This document shows, in pieces, positions 55,832 through 64,000 of a stretch of DNA of 64,000 nucleotides. Source of the stretch: Parcubacteria group bacterium (GTDB lineage Bacteria; Patescibacteriota; Minisyncoccia; Moranbacterales; UBA2206); contig JBAZYF010000003.1 in assembly GCA_041659505.1 (NCBI GenBank), forward strand, positions 86,026-150,025, in the 5' to 3' direction. Position 1 is the stretch's first letter, and each line of letters begins with the position of its first letter. The notes beneath the pieces were generated by a model. That model did not search any database and was not told where the DNA came from. It was given only the letters and a program-made list of their open reading frames with translations. Both the position numbers and the translations under genes were made by a program.

Positions 55832-56509
55832 CTATTTAGATTTGAATAAGTTATCTATTTTAATCTGAATTGTATGATCTTTTTCGTCATTTAAACTAAT
55901 CTTGCTCTTTTTCGGGAGAACATTTCTACCATCACTCGTAAGATCCTGTGCTAATGGATGAGCAATAAAAAAATTTCCAAGATTGGTTCTGAAAGATTGA
56001 CTACCTCCATCTGAATAAATCTCTGCTTCATTAATTTCCGCCACTTTTCCACCAACAACAATCTTATAACTTTTCAAATCAGCCTTTCTCCATAATTCAG
56101 CAACTTTCATAAAATCAGCATCTTTTATTTTTTTCTGATATTCGACATCATCCTCTCTCTGATAATTCGTTTTATATATTTCAAATGGTATTTTTCCGTC
56201 AATAGTTCCAGAGATTAGAAGCTGTAATTGCTCTTTGGATTCAACTTTAGTGGCCATTTCTCCAGCTATTGCAGATTTTGTTTCAATGGCAACATGCCCC
56301 ATTGATGAACTAACTATAAGGGTGCCCAAAACAAAAGCGCGCATAAGTTTAGAGGCTCTAAGTCCTCCGAGACTAGCTCTTTTTAAAACTTCTTCCTCAT
56401 AAGTTAAAAAATTCTCAACGCCCCCTACTGATTGAAATTCGACAAAATCCCCACTCTTTTCCTTGCGCATATCTCCGCCACCCAATACAAACACCTGTTC
56501 CATTTTCAT
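55832..56509 (-). CDS. hypothetical protein
   Basis: ORF between REP copies 2 and 3; 1-nt gap to the downstream gene. Confidence 0.3.
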   Translation of the reverse strand: MKMEQVFVLGGGDMRKEKSGDFVEFQSVGGVENFLTYEEEVLKRASLGGLRASKLMRAFVLGTLIVSSSMGHVAIETKSAIAGEMATKVESKEQLQLLISGTIDGKIPFEIYKTNYQREDDVEYQKKIKDADFMKVAELWRKADLKSYKIVVGGKVAEINEAEIYSDGGSQSFRTNLGNFFIAHPLAQDLTSDGRNVLPKKSKISLNDEKDHTIQIKIDNLFKSK

Positions 56510-56601
56510 AAGATTATAAAACTATTTAATTTATCAATTATATATAACCTAGCATTTTTTCGAGATCAGGGCAAGCCAACCCGCTCCCTCCGATGGTCCT
56601 T

Positions 56602-56661
56602 ACAAACTAAAAGGAACGGGTTACAAACCCGTTCCTGCAATTAGATGCGGTAATAAATTTC
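56602..56661. repeat. REP-like element copy 3
   Basis: See copy 2. Confidence 0.65.
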
Positions 56662-56669
56662 TGAACGCT

Positions 56670-57122
56670 TTATTTCCCCAATTCTTCCTCAGCAATCTTT
56701 TTGACCAGGTTTCCATCGGCTTGGCCCTTCAACTTTCCCATTGCTGGTCCCATCACTTTGCCGATTTCCGCCATTCCAGTTGCACCAACTTGGGCGATCA
56801 CTGCTTTCACCGTTTCACGCACAGTGGCCTCGTCCAATTGGGCTGGTAAGTAGGCAGCCAGAATTGCAATCTCTTGATTTTCTTTTTCCACGAGATCAGC
56901 GCGTCCGCCGGACAGATATTGCGCGGAAGCATCTTTTCTTTGTTTCACCGCTTTCCCAATCACTTCCATCACTTCCTCGTCAGAAAGACCGGATTCCCGT
57001 TTTTGCTTTTCGATCTCGACGTTTTTCACCATCGAATCAAGCATCCGGAGCGTATCACGCTTCACTGTATCCCCGGCTTTCATAGCGGCTTTAAGATCAT
57101 CAAGTATGGTTTGTTTTAGCAT
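56670..57122 (-). CDS. GatB/YqeY domain protein
   Basis: Full-length match to the YqeY pattern (LKAAMKAGD...LSDEEV...AILAAYLP). Confidence 0.8.
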   Translation of the reverse strand: MLKQTILDDLKAAMKAGDTVKRDTLRMLDSMVKNVEIEKQKRESGLSDEEVMEVIGKAVKQRKDASAQYLSGGRADLVEKENQEIAILAAYLPAQLDEATVRETVKAVIAQVGATGMAEIGKVMGPAMGKLKGQADGNLVKKIAEEELGK

Positions 57123-57135
57123 ATGTTTTATAAGA

Positions 57136-57390
57136 TTACTTGATCAATTTCTTTTTGACGTTTTTGAAGTTTTGATCGTCAAATTTGCCCATTTTTTTGA
57201 GCTTATTCACAACTTTACGCACTTTTACCTTATACATCGCTCCGGCGCGCAGTTCGCGTTTGCTTTTTTCATCCTGGCGAAAACGCACTTTTCGGGCGCG
57301 CATCAAAACTCCGCTCTGCTGGATGCGGCGGCTAAAGCGCCTAATTAGGCTTTCCGGTGACTCACGTTCTTTCTTTTTTACCTCGATCAT
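57136..57390 (-). CDS. rpsU: 30S ribosomal protein S21
   Basis: MIEVKKKERESPESLIRRFSRRIQQSGVLMRARK matches the S21 core (V.V..E...alrrFkr.....G.l.e.r.r). Start trimmed to the internal Met. Confidence 0.55.
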   Translation of the reverse strand: MIEVKKKERESPESLIRRFSRRIQQSGVLMRARKVRFRQDEKSKRELRAGAMYKVKVRKVVNKLKKMGKFDDQNFKNVKKKLIK

Positions 57391-57444
57391 AAAAAACCTC
57401 CTTTCTAAGTTCAACCAAATTACAAAACAATCAATTATCTAATT

Positions 57445-57801
57445 TTAGCGATCCGCCCAAGGACGGATATTCTCATAGAGCCGGACTCCACCGATGAGGT
57501 GCATATGCAGGTGCGCCACCTCTTGTCCGCCCCATTCACCGACCCGAGTAAGTAGTTTATACCCTTTTGGCGAAATGTCAAAGTCAATGGCAATTTTCTT
57601 GGCGACGAGCACCATCCGCCCAGCCAGGTTGACATCTTTCTCGGTCAGGTCATTTAAGCTCTCAATGTGCTTTTTGGGAATAATCAGAATATGCACTGGA
57701 GCCAAGGGACGGACATCCTTAAAGGCCAAGATATCATCATCTTCATAAACAACAGAAGCGGGAAGTTCCTTGTTGATGATTTTGCAAAATAAGCATTCCA
57801 T
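57445..57801 (-). CDS. HIT-family hydrolase
   Basis: Histidine triad HLHMHLIGG. Confidence 0.8.
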   Translation of the reverse strand: MECLFCKIINKELPASVVYEDDDILAFKDVRPLAPVHILIIPKKHIESLNDLTEKDVNLAGRMVLVAKKIAIDFDISPKGYKLLTRVGEWGGQEVAHLHMHLIGGVRLYENIRPWADR

Positions 57802-57865
57802 AATTTTTCCTCGTCACGCCGAAGCTTCAACAGAAGCGAAGGCGGATTTCTCCTTAAAATTTTTA

Positions 57866-59269
57866 TTATATAATCGGCTCTTCGTGATTGTGAAAGACAA
57901 CCACATTGTCCGTTTTTAATTTTTTCTTGATGATATCGATCAGCTTTTCCATACTAACTGTTTCTTGCACGCCGGTCTGCATATTTTTGATAATAACCGT
58001 GCCATCCAGCGTTTCTTTTTGACCCAAAATTAACGTCAGCTCTACTCCCAAGCGGTTAGCGATTTTCAGTTGCGATTTGAGACTGCCCCGGCCGAAACTT
58101 TCTGCCGTAAGAATTCCGTTTTTCTCCAACTCAGCAAACAGGCGCAAACTTTTTTTCTTGGCCAAGCCTCCCAGTTGCGCCAAAAAGACGCGCGGCTTCA
58201 TCGGTTTGTAGGATTTGGCCTGCACTCTTTTCATCTCTGCAATGATGCGTTCCATGCCGACCGCAAAGCCGATGGCTGGTGTATCCTCGCCACCCATAAT
58301 TTTTATCAGTCGATCATAACGACCGCCACCACCAAGAGAAGCTTTCTTGCCTTCTTCTGAACCGGACCAAATTTCAAACACAGTTCTTGTGTAATAGTCA
58401 AGCCCTCTCACAAGGCGCGGATTGATCGTATAGGGCAGATCCAATTCGTCCAGATATTCGAGCAATGTCTTGAAATGCACCCGACATTCATCACAAAGGT
58501 GATCAACGGCCTGCGGCGCCGTGGCCGCCACTTGAGCGCATTTATCTTCCTTACAATCTAAAACACGCATCGGATTTATTTCCAATCTCCGCTTGCAATC
58601 TTGACAAAGTTTGGTCTTTTTCGATTCCAAATAATTCACCAAGAGATTATTGTAGTCTTTTTTACAAACAGCACAACCGATCGAATTGACTTGGATTTGG
58701 ACAAATTTCAAGCCCAAACAATGTGTCAGACGATGCGCCATCTGGATCATCTGCGCATCCAAAATTGGATCATCTTCTCCAAACGCATCAAAATTGGCCT
58801 GATAATGCTCGCGATAACGGCCTTCTTGCGGACGGTCATAGCGATAAACCGGGCCGATCGAAAAAAGTTTCACCGGCTTAGCTAGCGTGTGCATTCCGTG
58901 TTGGATAAAACTGCGACAAATTCCCGCTGTCATCTCTGGCCGCAAGGCTACTTTATCGCCGCCACGCGTCGTGAAGGCATACATCTCTTTGTCCACAATG
59001 TCCGTTCCGCCGCCGATATTTCTTGTGAAAAGATTCGCAAATTCCAAAAGTGGTACATCAATCCGTGAAAAACCATAATCTCGGGATAAGCGTTCAGCGA
59101 CTTTCCTGGCCTGCTCCCAATAAGCTTGGTCTTCCGGCAAAGTGTCTTTCATTCCGCGCAAATTCTGCAAAACCAGTGGTTCGTCTTTCGGTTTTTCCGC
59201 TTTAGATTTTTTGGAAACTTTTTTTACCGCGCCCTTTTCTTTGGTTACACTCTTTGTGACTTTAGGCAT
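57866..59269 (-). CDS. hisS: histidyl-tRNA synthetase with a lysine-rich N-terminal extension
   Basis: LRGMKDTLPED matches the IRGMNDYLP start region. Class II motifs. C-terminal anticodon-binding domain. Confidence 0.9.
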   Translation of the reverse strand: MPKVTKSVTKEKGAVKKVSKKSKAEKPKDEPLVLQNLRGMKDTLPEDQAYWEQARKVAERLSRDYGFSRIDVPLLEFANLFTRNIGGGTDIVDKEMYAFTTRGGDKVALRPEMTAGICRSFIQHGMHTLAKPVKLFSIGPVYRYDRPQEGRYREHYQANFDAFGEDDPILDAQMIQMAHRLTHCLGLKFVQIQVNSIGCAVCKKDYNNLLVNYLESKKTKLCQDCKRRLEINPMRVLDCKEDKCAQVAATAPQAVDHLCDECRVHFKTLLEYLDELDLPYTINPRLVRGLDYYTRTVFEIWSGSEEGKKASLGGGGRYDRLIKIMGGEDTPAIGFAVGMERIIAEMKRVQAKSYKPMKPRVFLAQLGGLAKKKSLRLFAELEKNGILTAESFGRGSLKSQLKIANRLGVELTLILGQKETLDGTVIIKNMQTGVQETVSMEKLIDIIKKKLKTDNVVVFHNHEEPII

Positions 59270-59302
59270 AGGAAGTTGGGATAAAAAATTAAGTTAAAAA
59301 AT

Positions 59303-59956
59303 TTAGAACACTGAGATTTGATTGAGCGGCCAAGCGCGCACCAACACCTCACCAATAATATCCTCACTTGGTACCGGTCCCCATACGCGCGAATCTGAAC
59401 TGAACGGCCGGTTATCCCCCATCACAAAATATTCATTATCGGAAAGCGTCACTGATTGGTCGCCGACTGTTTTTACGTTCTTGTTCAAATAAGCGCTCTC
59501 GTCAAGCACGAAACCATCGGGATTGTCTTTGTTAAAAATCTTGAAACTGCCGTCTTTTATTTCGATCCGCTCACCTGGAAGTCCAATGATGCGTTTGATA
59601 AAAAATTTGCTCGGGTCTTTCGGGTAGCGGAAAACAACCACTTTTTGCCTGGTAATTTCTCGAAAAGCACCAACAGTAAAAAATTTAATACTATCTAGAC
59701 CAACGGTTGTTTTCTTGAACCCCAACTCATTGACGATCAAGTATTGTCCATTTTCGAAGCTTGGTTCCATTGAAGCGCCTTGGACAAAAAATGGCTGAAA
59801 GAGAAACATCCGGATTGGCACGATAATCACGAACGCCAAAAATATAATCTTGATTATTTCCAAAACAAATCCTCCGACACCGACATAATTTCCATTTGGA
59901 GAGCCTGCTTTTTCGCGAAGAACTTCGTCTCGCACCTCCTGTTCCTTTTCTTCCAT
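59303..59956 (-). CDS. lepB: signal peptidase I
   Basis: Catalytic Ser box VQGASMEPSF. Box E YFVMGDNRPFSSDSR. Confidence 0.85.
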   Translation of the reverse strand: MEEKEQEVRDEVLREKAGSPNGNYVGVGGFVLEIIKIIFLAFVIIVPIRMFLFQPFFVQGASMEPSFENGQYLIVNELGFKKTTVGLDSIKFFTVGAFREITRQKVVVFRYPKDPSKFFIKRIIGLPGERIEIKDGSFKIFNKDNPDGFVLDESAYLNKNVKTVGDQSVTLSDNEYFVMGDNRPFSSDSRVWGPVPSEDIIGEVLVRAWPLNQISVF

Positions 59957-60125
59957 AAAAATACTTCTTAAATAGATTAAAGTTGACCTCGAATGTTCTT
60001 AAGCATAGCAGAAAATTATCCGTTTGGCAAGGGCATTTTTTCCTTATATAAAGCCCTAATTTGACTTGTGGCCACTAACAGGCTATGATTAAATAGCTTC
60101 CGGTGCAACTTTTTCACAAAAAAGG

Positions 60126-61601
60126 ATGGCGATAAAAAAAATATTGATAAAACTGATTCTTTGGTCTATCATACTTCTCCTTCTCGGCGCAATCGCCTAT
60201 GGAGCTTTTTTCTTGCACAAACTGAATTCTCTTAGCAACAAGATAAACGTCTACCAAAAACCGGAAAATCTATTCGACACACTCACCTCTGTCGCTCAAA
60301 TTGCCAAAAATGAACCGCTGGAGTTAAAAAATAGCAATGGTGAAAGAATCAATATTTTACTCTTGGGCGTAGCGGGAGACGGAAAACCAGGAAGAAATCT
60401 GACGGACACAATCATGATTGCTAGTTTGAATCTCAAAACTAACCAAGTTGCATTGCTTTCACTTCCGCGTGACCTCTATGTCAAAGTGCCCGCGTCCGAT
60501 TGGCAGACAAAAATCAATGCCATCTACCAGGCGGGACTCAATAATGAAAAAGATCAGAGCAAAGCAATCGATCCACTACTTGAAACAATCACTACTGTCA
60601 CTTCTTTAGATATTCACTATTATGCCGTACTTAATTTTGACGGTTTTCGGCAAGTACTCGATGCGATTGGCGGAGTAAATATCACAAATGTTAGAGACAT
60701 CTATGACGAGCGCTATCCCGGACCGAACTATAGCTATGAGACATTTGATCTCAAAAAGGGTTTTCAACATCTTGACGGAGACATGGCCTTGAAATATGCT
60801 CGCGAACGCCACGATGACCCAGAGGGTGATTTTGGCCGTGCCAAAAGGCAACAACAAATCATCCAAGTGACAAAAAATAAAATCTTTTCCGCCACCACCC
60901 TTTTTGACATCTCTTCCTTGAACAAGCTCTTCGACGCGCTGGGGAACAATATCAAGACCAATCTGTCATCGGATGAAATAGGCAGTTTTTTTGAGCTGAG
61001 CAAAAAATTAGACACCAATAACATCATCAATTCTACTGTCGATGCCTGGAATAAAGACAGCTTGCTCAAAGTCTCACATGTTTATTATGGCGATATTGCC
61101 GCCTTTGTCCTAATCCCCCGCGTCGGCAATTATAGTGAAATCCAAGAGTTGGCGCAAAACATTTTTGACTTGAATAAACTCAAAAGACGCCGCGAAGAAA
61201 TTAGCGGGGAAAACGCTTTGGTTGCGCTCATTAACAAAAGCGGAGATAATACTATCGTAACCAAGATCCAAAAATTACTCAGCGAAAATCTGGTCTACAA
61301 AAACGTAATTATTATCACCGATCCAGGAAAAGATCAGGAAAAGACGACAAACGTCTATGACTCCAACTCAGGGACCAAGCCATTCACGCTTGACGAATTA
61401 GCTACTCGCCTTCCCGCTAAGGTTTTCTATGCCTTGCCGGATAAATACCAAAAAATAGTTGAAAAAAAATCACCGGACATCGTCCTAGTCATCGGCAAGG
61501 ATCTGATTGAAAAATACAACGTGCCGGAAGACTCGATCGAAGATTTCAAAAAAGCCCAAGATGATCAAGATCTGATAAATATGCAAAATAAATCTAACTA
61601 A
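60126..61601 (+). CDS. LytR-CpsA-Psr (LCP) family protein
   Basis: N-terminal TM. LCP core NILLLGVAGDG...DTIMIASL...LLSLPRD. Confidence 0.8.
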   Translation: MAIKKILIKLILWSIILLLLGAIAYGAFFLHKLNSLSNKINVYQKPENLFDTLTSVAQIAKNEPLELKNSNGERINILLLGVAGDGKPGRNLTDTIMIASLNLKTNQVALLSLPRDLYVKVPASDWQTKINAIYQAGLNNEKDQSKAIDPLLETITTVTSLDIHYYAVLNFDGFRQVLDAIGGVNITNVRDIYDERYPGPNYSYETFDLKKGFQHLDGDMALKYARERHDDPEGDFGRAKRQQQIIQVTKNKIFSATTLFDISSLNKLFDALGNNIKTNLSSDEIGSFFELSKKLDTNNIINSTVDAWNKDSLLKVSHVYYGDIAAFVLIPRVGNYSEIQELAQNIFDLNKLKRRREEISGENALVALINKSGDNTIVTKIQKLLSENLVYKNVIIITDPGKDQEKTTNVYDSNSGTKPFTLDELATRLPAKVFYALPDKYQKIVEKKSPDIVLVIGKDLIEKYNVPEDSIEDFKKAQDDQDLINMQNKSN

Positions 61602-61603
61602 TT

Positions 61604-61758
61604 CCCCTTCGCCCTTAGGGAGAAGGTGGTCGAAGGCCGGATGAGGGAAAGGGCTTTTGATAAAATTATTACTTTCCTACGCAGAACATTTTTATTTTTT
61701 TAGCATTACCCTTGCCCTCACCTGTCCTTCGGACATCCTCTCTCGAAGGGCGAAGAGG
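61604..61758. repeat. ~155-bp palindromic intergenic element (family copy B)
   Basis: Arms 48/51 identical to copy A. The central ~60 nt are unrelated. Confidence 0.7.
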
Positions 61759-61794
61759 ATACTTCACGCAATTAAAATAATTTAAAGCAATATT

Positions 61795-62340
61795 ATGAAA
61801 CTAATCATCGGCTTGGGTAATCCCGGCCAAAAATATGTCGCGACGCGGCACAATCTGGGATTTATTTTTCTCAATAAGTTGCGGGAAAGATGGTCATTGC
61901 CAAATTTTAGACTAGAAGCCAAATTTTCTGCTGAAATTTCCCATGGCGAACTAAATGGTCAAAAAATAATCTTAGCCAAACCGCAAAACTTTATGAATCT
62001 GTCCGGCGAAGCTGTGCAAAAAATTCTGGCTTTTTACAAACTTAGTCCCGAAGATCTTTTGGTCATCCATGATGATATCGACATCTTAGCCGGAAGATAT
62101 AAGCTGGCTAGTGATTCAACTTCCGCCGGACATAACGGCGTGCAAAATATCATCGAGCTTTTAGGCACAAAAAAATTCGCTCGTCTGCGAATCGGAATTA
62201 AGAATGAAAATAAAGATGAGACTGAAAACCAGATGGAAGTCAGTGATTTTGTCTTGGGAAAATTGACTGCGCTTGAGCTAGAAAAAATTAATGCGCAAGA
62301 AAAATCAATCCTGGAAGAAATAGAAAAATTTATTTCTTAA
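61795..62340 (+). CDS. pth: peptidyl-tRNA hydrolase
   Basis: MKLIIGLGNPG..Y..TRHN.GF. Confidence 0.9.
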   Translation: MKLIIGLGNPGQKYVATRHNLGFIFLNKLRERWSLPNFRLEAKFSAEISHGELNGQKIILAKPQNFMNLSGEAVQKILAFYKLSPEDLLVIHDDIDILAGRYKLASDSTSAGHNGVQNIIELLGTKKFARLRIGIKNENKDETENQMEVSDFVLGKLTALELEKINAQEKSILEEIEKFIS

Positions 62341-62342
62341 AA

Positions 62343-62486
62343 AACTTACGCTTGTCCAAAAAATAATTTTATCTATAGCCCGGACTAACCAAATAAAACC
62401 CCAGGAGTCAGACCAACTAAAAATAACAAAATAAAGCAATAAGAGGCCTCGCGCCTTGAAAATTATTTTTTGGACAAGCGTAAGTT
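62343..62486. repeat. 144-bp element with 28-bp perfect inverted-repeat arms immediately downstream of pth
   Basis: aacttacgcttgtccaaaaaataatttt at 62343-62370. Exact reverse complement at 62459-62486. Confidence 0.65.
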
Positions 62487-62747
62487 GCATCCTTGTTGTT
62501 TTTCAAAGTTTCGCACGTAAGATTGCATCTCTCTCGGAATTATCCTGGAAAAATACGTTTGACTTACTCGCGAAAACTAAGGAGGGTGTTTCCGCTTTCA
62601 AACTTACGCACGAAACCCTGAAAACCAATTTGCAAAATATCGAATTTTCAAAAAATACACCAACTTGATAGTATAGCACCAAATAGGACTTTTGTCAAAC
62701 AAAAAAAGCTAGAATGGCTTAATAAAAGCTTTTTTTGGTCAAAAAAC

Positions 62748-62778
62748 CGCCAAAATTACATCTGGCGGTTTTTCACAT
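62748..62778 (-). terminator. Rho-independent terminator after the kinase-like gene
   Basis: Minus strand: aaccgcca-gatgtaatt-ttggcggtt then TTTT. Confidence 0.45.
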
Positions 62779-62794
62779 TTTCAACTATAAAAGA

Positions 62795-63358
62795 TTACTT
62801 CAAAAGTGCTTGCATCATCTTCTCTGTCTGCTCTTTCAACTCATCGGCTGTGCCATTATTGTTCATCTTAAACTGGGCGTGCCGGCCGATCTCATGGATG
62901 GAAATTTCAGTCAACTTCCCCTCCTCTTCAAGAAATTGTTCCAGCGTCGCATTCTCTTCTCCGGCTTTTTCCTTGCGTGCTTTGGTCCGTTCGAAACGCA
63001 ACTTCAAATCTGCCGTCACATAGGCCAGATAGAAATTCTCCCCATAGTGTTTCTGGAATGGCTCGACATCGCCATGCATCCGGATACCGTCCGCAATGAT
63101 GATATCCGCATCGCTCTTCTCCATATCTTGGATCAAAGAATCGATGATGACCGAAGGACCATAACCCTCTTTGAGCACCAAGGCCAACTTGATCAAGTTG
63201 TCCCGCGTCACCGGAAGATGCAGATCCTCCAGCGTCCGACGCAAAATTTTGGAAGTGCCAAAATGAACCGCACCATATTTTTCGATCAAGTATTCAGCGA
63301 CAGTTCCTTTTCCTGCTCCTTTTTCCCCGATCAGGCCGATAATTATTTTTCTTTTCAT
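62795..63358 (-). CDS. P-loop nucleoside/nucleotide kinase family protein
   Basis: Walker A IGLIGEKGAGKGTVAEYL. Small kinase-like size. Confidence 0.4.
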   Translation of the reverse strand: MKRKIIIGLIGEKGAGKGTVAEYLIEKYGAVHFGTSKILRRTLEDLHLPVTRDNLIKLALVLKEGYGPSVIIDSLIQDMEKSDADIIIADGIRMHGDVEPFQKHYGENFYLAYVTADLKLRFERTKARKEKAGEENATLEQFLEEEGKLTEISIHEIGRHAQFKMNNNGTADELKEQTEKMMQALLK

Positions 63359-63370
63359 ATTTTTTCTTGT

Positions 63371-63408
63371 CGCGGACTGTCCGCTAGCTAGCGGACAGTC
63401 CGCGACTA
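63371..63408. repeat. 38-bp perfect palindrome (19-bp stem)
   Basis: gtcgcggactgtccgctag|ctagcggacagtccgcgac, 13 nt upstream of the kinase-like gene start. Confidence 0.7.
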
Positions 63409-63424
63409 ATTATGCTTTGAAAAA

Positions 63425-63465
63425 CAAAAACTTTCAGTACTGAAACCGAAAGTTTTTTTGTTGAT
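63425..63465 (-). terminator. putative bidirectional hairpin terminator downstream of rplA
   Basis: actttcagt/actgaaagt palindrome flanked by T-runs on both strands. Confidence 0.4.
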
Positions 63466-63471
63466 GATAGA

Positions 63472-64000
63472 TTAAACTGTGATTTTGAAACCGACGCCCA
63501 TTGTTGAGCAAAGTGAGATGTTACGCACCAATTTTCCCTTGAGACTAGCTGGTTTCATTTTTTCCACGCTGTCCAAAAAGGCTTTGATATTTTCCAGCAG
63601 TTTTTCATCAGTAAAAGATAATTTTCCCACCACTTGGTGGATATTCCCAGAGTTATCAGTCTTGTAGGCGGCGCGACCTTTTTTGAGCGCGTCCACTGTT
63701 TCTTTAATCTTAGTCGTCACTGTTTCCGTCTTGGGATTTGGCATGAGACCTTTAGGTCCCAGAATTTTCGCCACAACCGCCAATTTTGGCATCATTTCCG
63801 GCGTCGCGACCAAGACATCAAATCCTCCGTCTTCAGAAAAGATTTTTCCACTCTTGATCCGCTCGATCAACTCCTCTCCGCCGACAATTTCAGCGCCGGA
63901 TTTCTTGGCGTCATCAACGCTTGTTGAAGTGATTACAGCCACTTTCTTATTCTTTCCAGTTCCATGTGGCAAAGAAACCGCACTACGGATCTGTTGATCA
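63472..64000 (-). CDS. rplA: 50S ribosomal protein L1, C-terminal part (5' end beyond the window)
   Basis: LPHGTGKNKKVAV...GPKGLMPNP...VGKLSF matches the L1 central and C-terminal regions. The ORF continues past 64000. Confidence 0.85.
   Translation of the reverse strand, partial: DQQIRSAVSLPHGTGKNKKVAVITSTSVDDAKKSGAEIVGGEELIERIKSGKIFSEDGGFDVLVATPEMMPKLAVVAKILGPKGLMPNPKTETVTTKIKETVDALKKGRAAYKTDNSGNIHQVVGKLSFTDEKLLENIKAFLDSVEKMKPASLKGKLVRNISLCSTMGVGFKITV

Noticed and set aside
1-64000. Search for CRISPR arrays and rRNA genes
   Set aside because: No regularly spaced short direct repeats and no rRNA-like conserved stretches were seen. The only periodic repeats are the palindromic and REP-like elements reported above.

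Overview
The window is 64 kb of low-GC bacterial DNA with tightly packed, mostly minus-strand genes. The reduced housekeeping set (short AlaRS without a C-Ala domain, short Rel without ACT, K-rich aaRS extensions) suggests a Patescibacteria/CPR-type genome; this is inference only. Core genes present: secA, tyrS, alaS, mnmA, dprA, topA, rel, parA, parB, tRNA-Leu(CAA), a GatB/YqeY-domain gene, rpsU, a HIT gene, hisS, lepB, an LCP-family gene, pth and the 3' part of rplA.

Three accessory blocks interrupt this backbone.

1. Defense island, 483-12402. Strongly AT-rich, ten genes all on the minus strand. It contains:
- a coiled-coil ABC/SMC-like ATPase, a 91-aa middle protein and a PD-(D/E)xK-like effector (ABC-3C/Lamassu-like triad);
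- a membrane-anchored DUF2726-like nuclease;
- a Schlafen/AlbA_2 protein;
- a DUF2779-like nuclease;
- an AAA_13 (PrrC/RloC-like) ATPase with a CxxC hook-like motif;
- a DUF262-HNH (GmrSD-like) nuclease;
- a gamma-class N6A methyltransferase;
- a NucS/DUF91-like endonuclease.

2. Terpene-synthase-like gene, 12649-14613. It reads through from an OmpR/histidine-kinase two-component pair. It carries an SHC-like class II DxDDT motif (PYPDDLDDT) in an N-terminal alpha/alpha-toroid region and a class I DDxxD motif (DDFFD) in the C-terminal region.

3. Prophage remnant, 17428-25576. GC-richer than its flanks. It contains small and large terminase subunits, a ParB-N6/N4 MTase fusion, a KH protein, a C5-cytosine MTase whose reading frame shifts twice at short A-runs inside a ~500-nt polypurine tract, a replication-initiator-like protein and a SymE-like toxin.

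Other notable features:
- a 97-bp perfect direct repeat that duplicates the 3' end of alaS and brackets a 1.46-kb one-gene insert;
- two copies of a ~155-bp palindromic intergenic element (after topA and after the LCP gene), plus two further long inverted-repeat elements;
- a tRNA-Leu-adjacent IS200/RAYT-type HUH transposase flanked by three REP-like hairpins;
- several AT-rich mini-islands.

No CRISPR array or rRNA gene was found.
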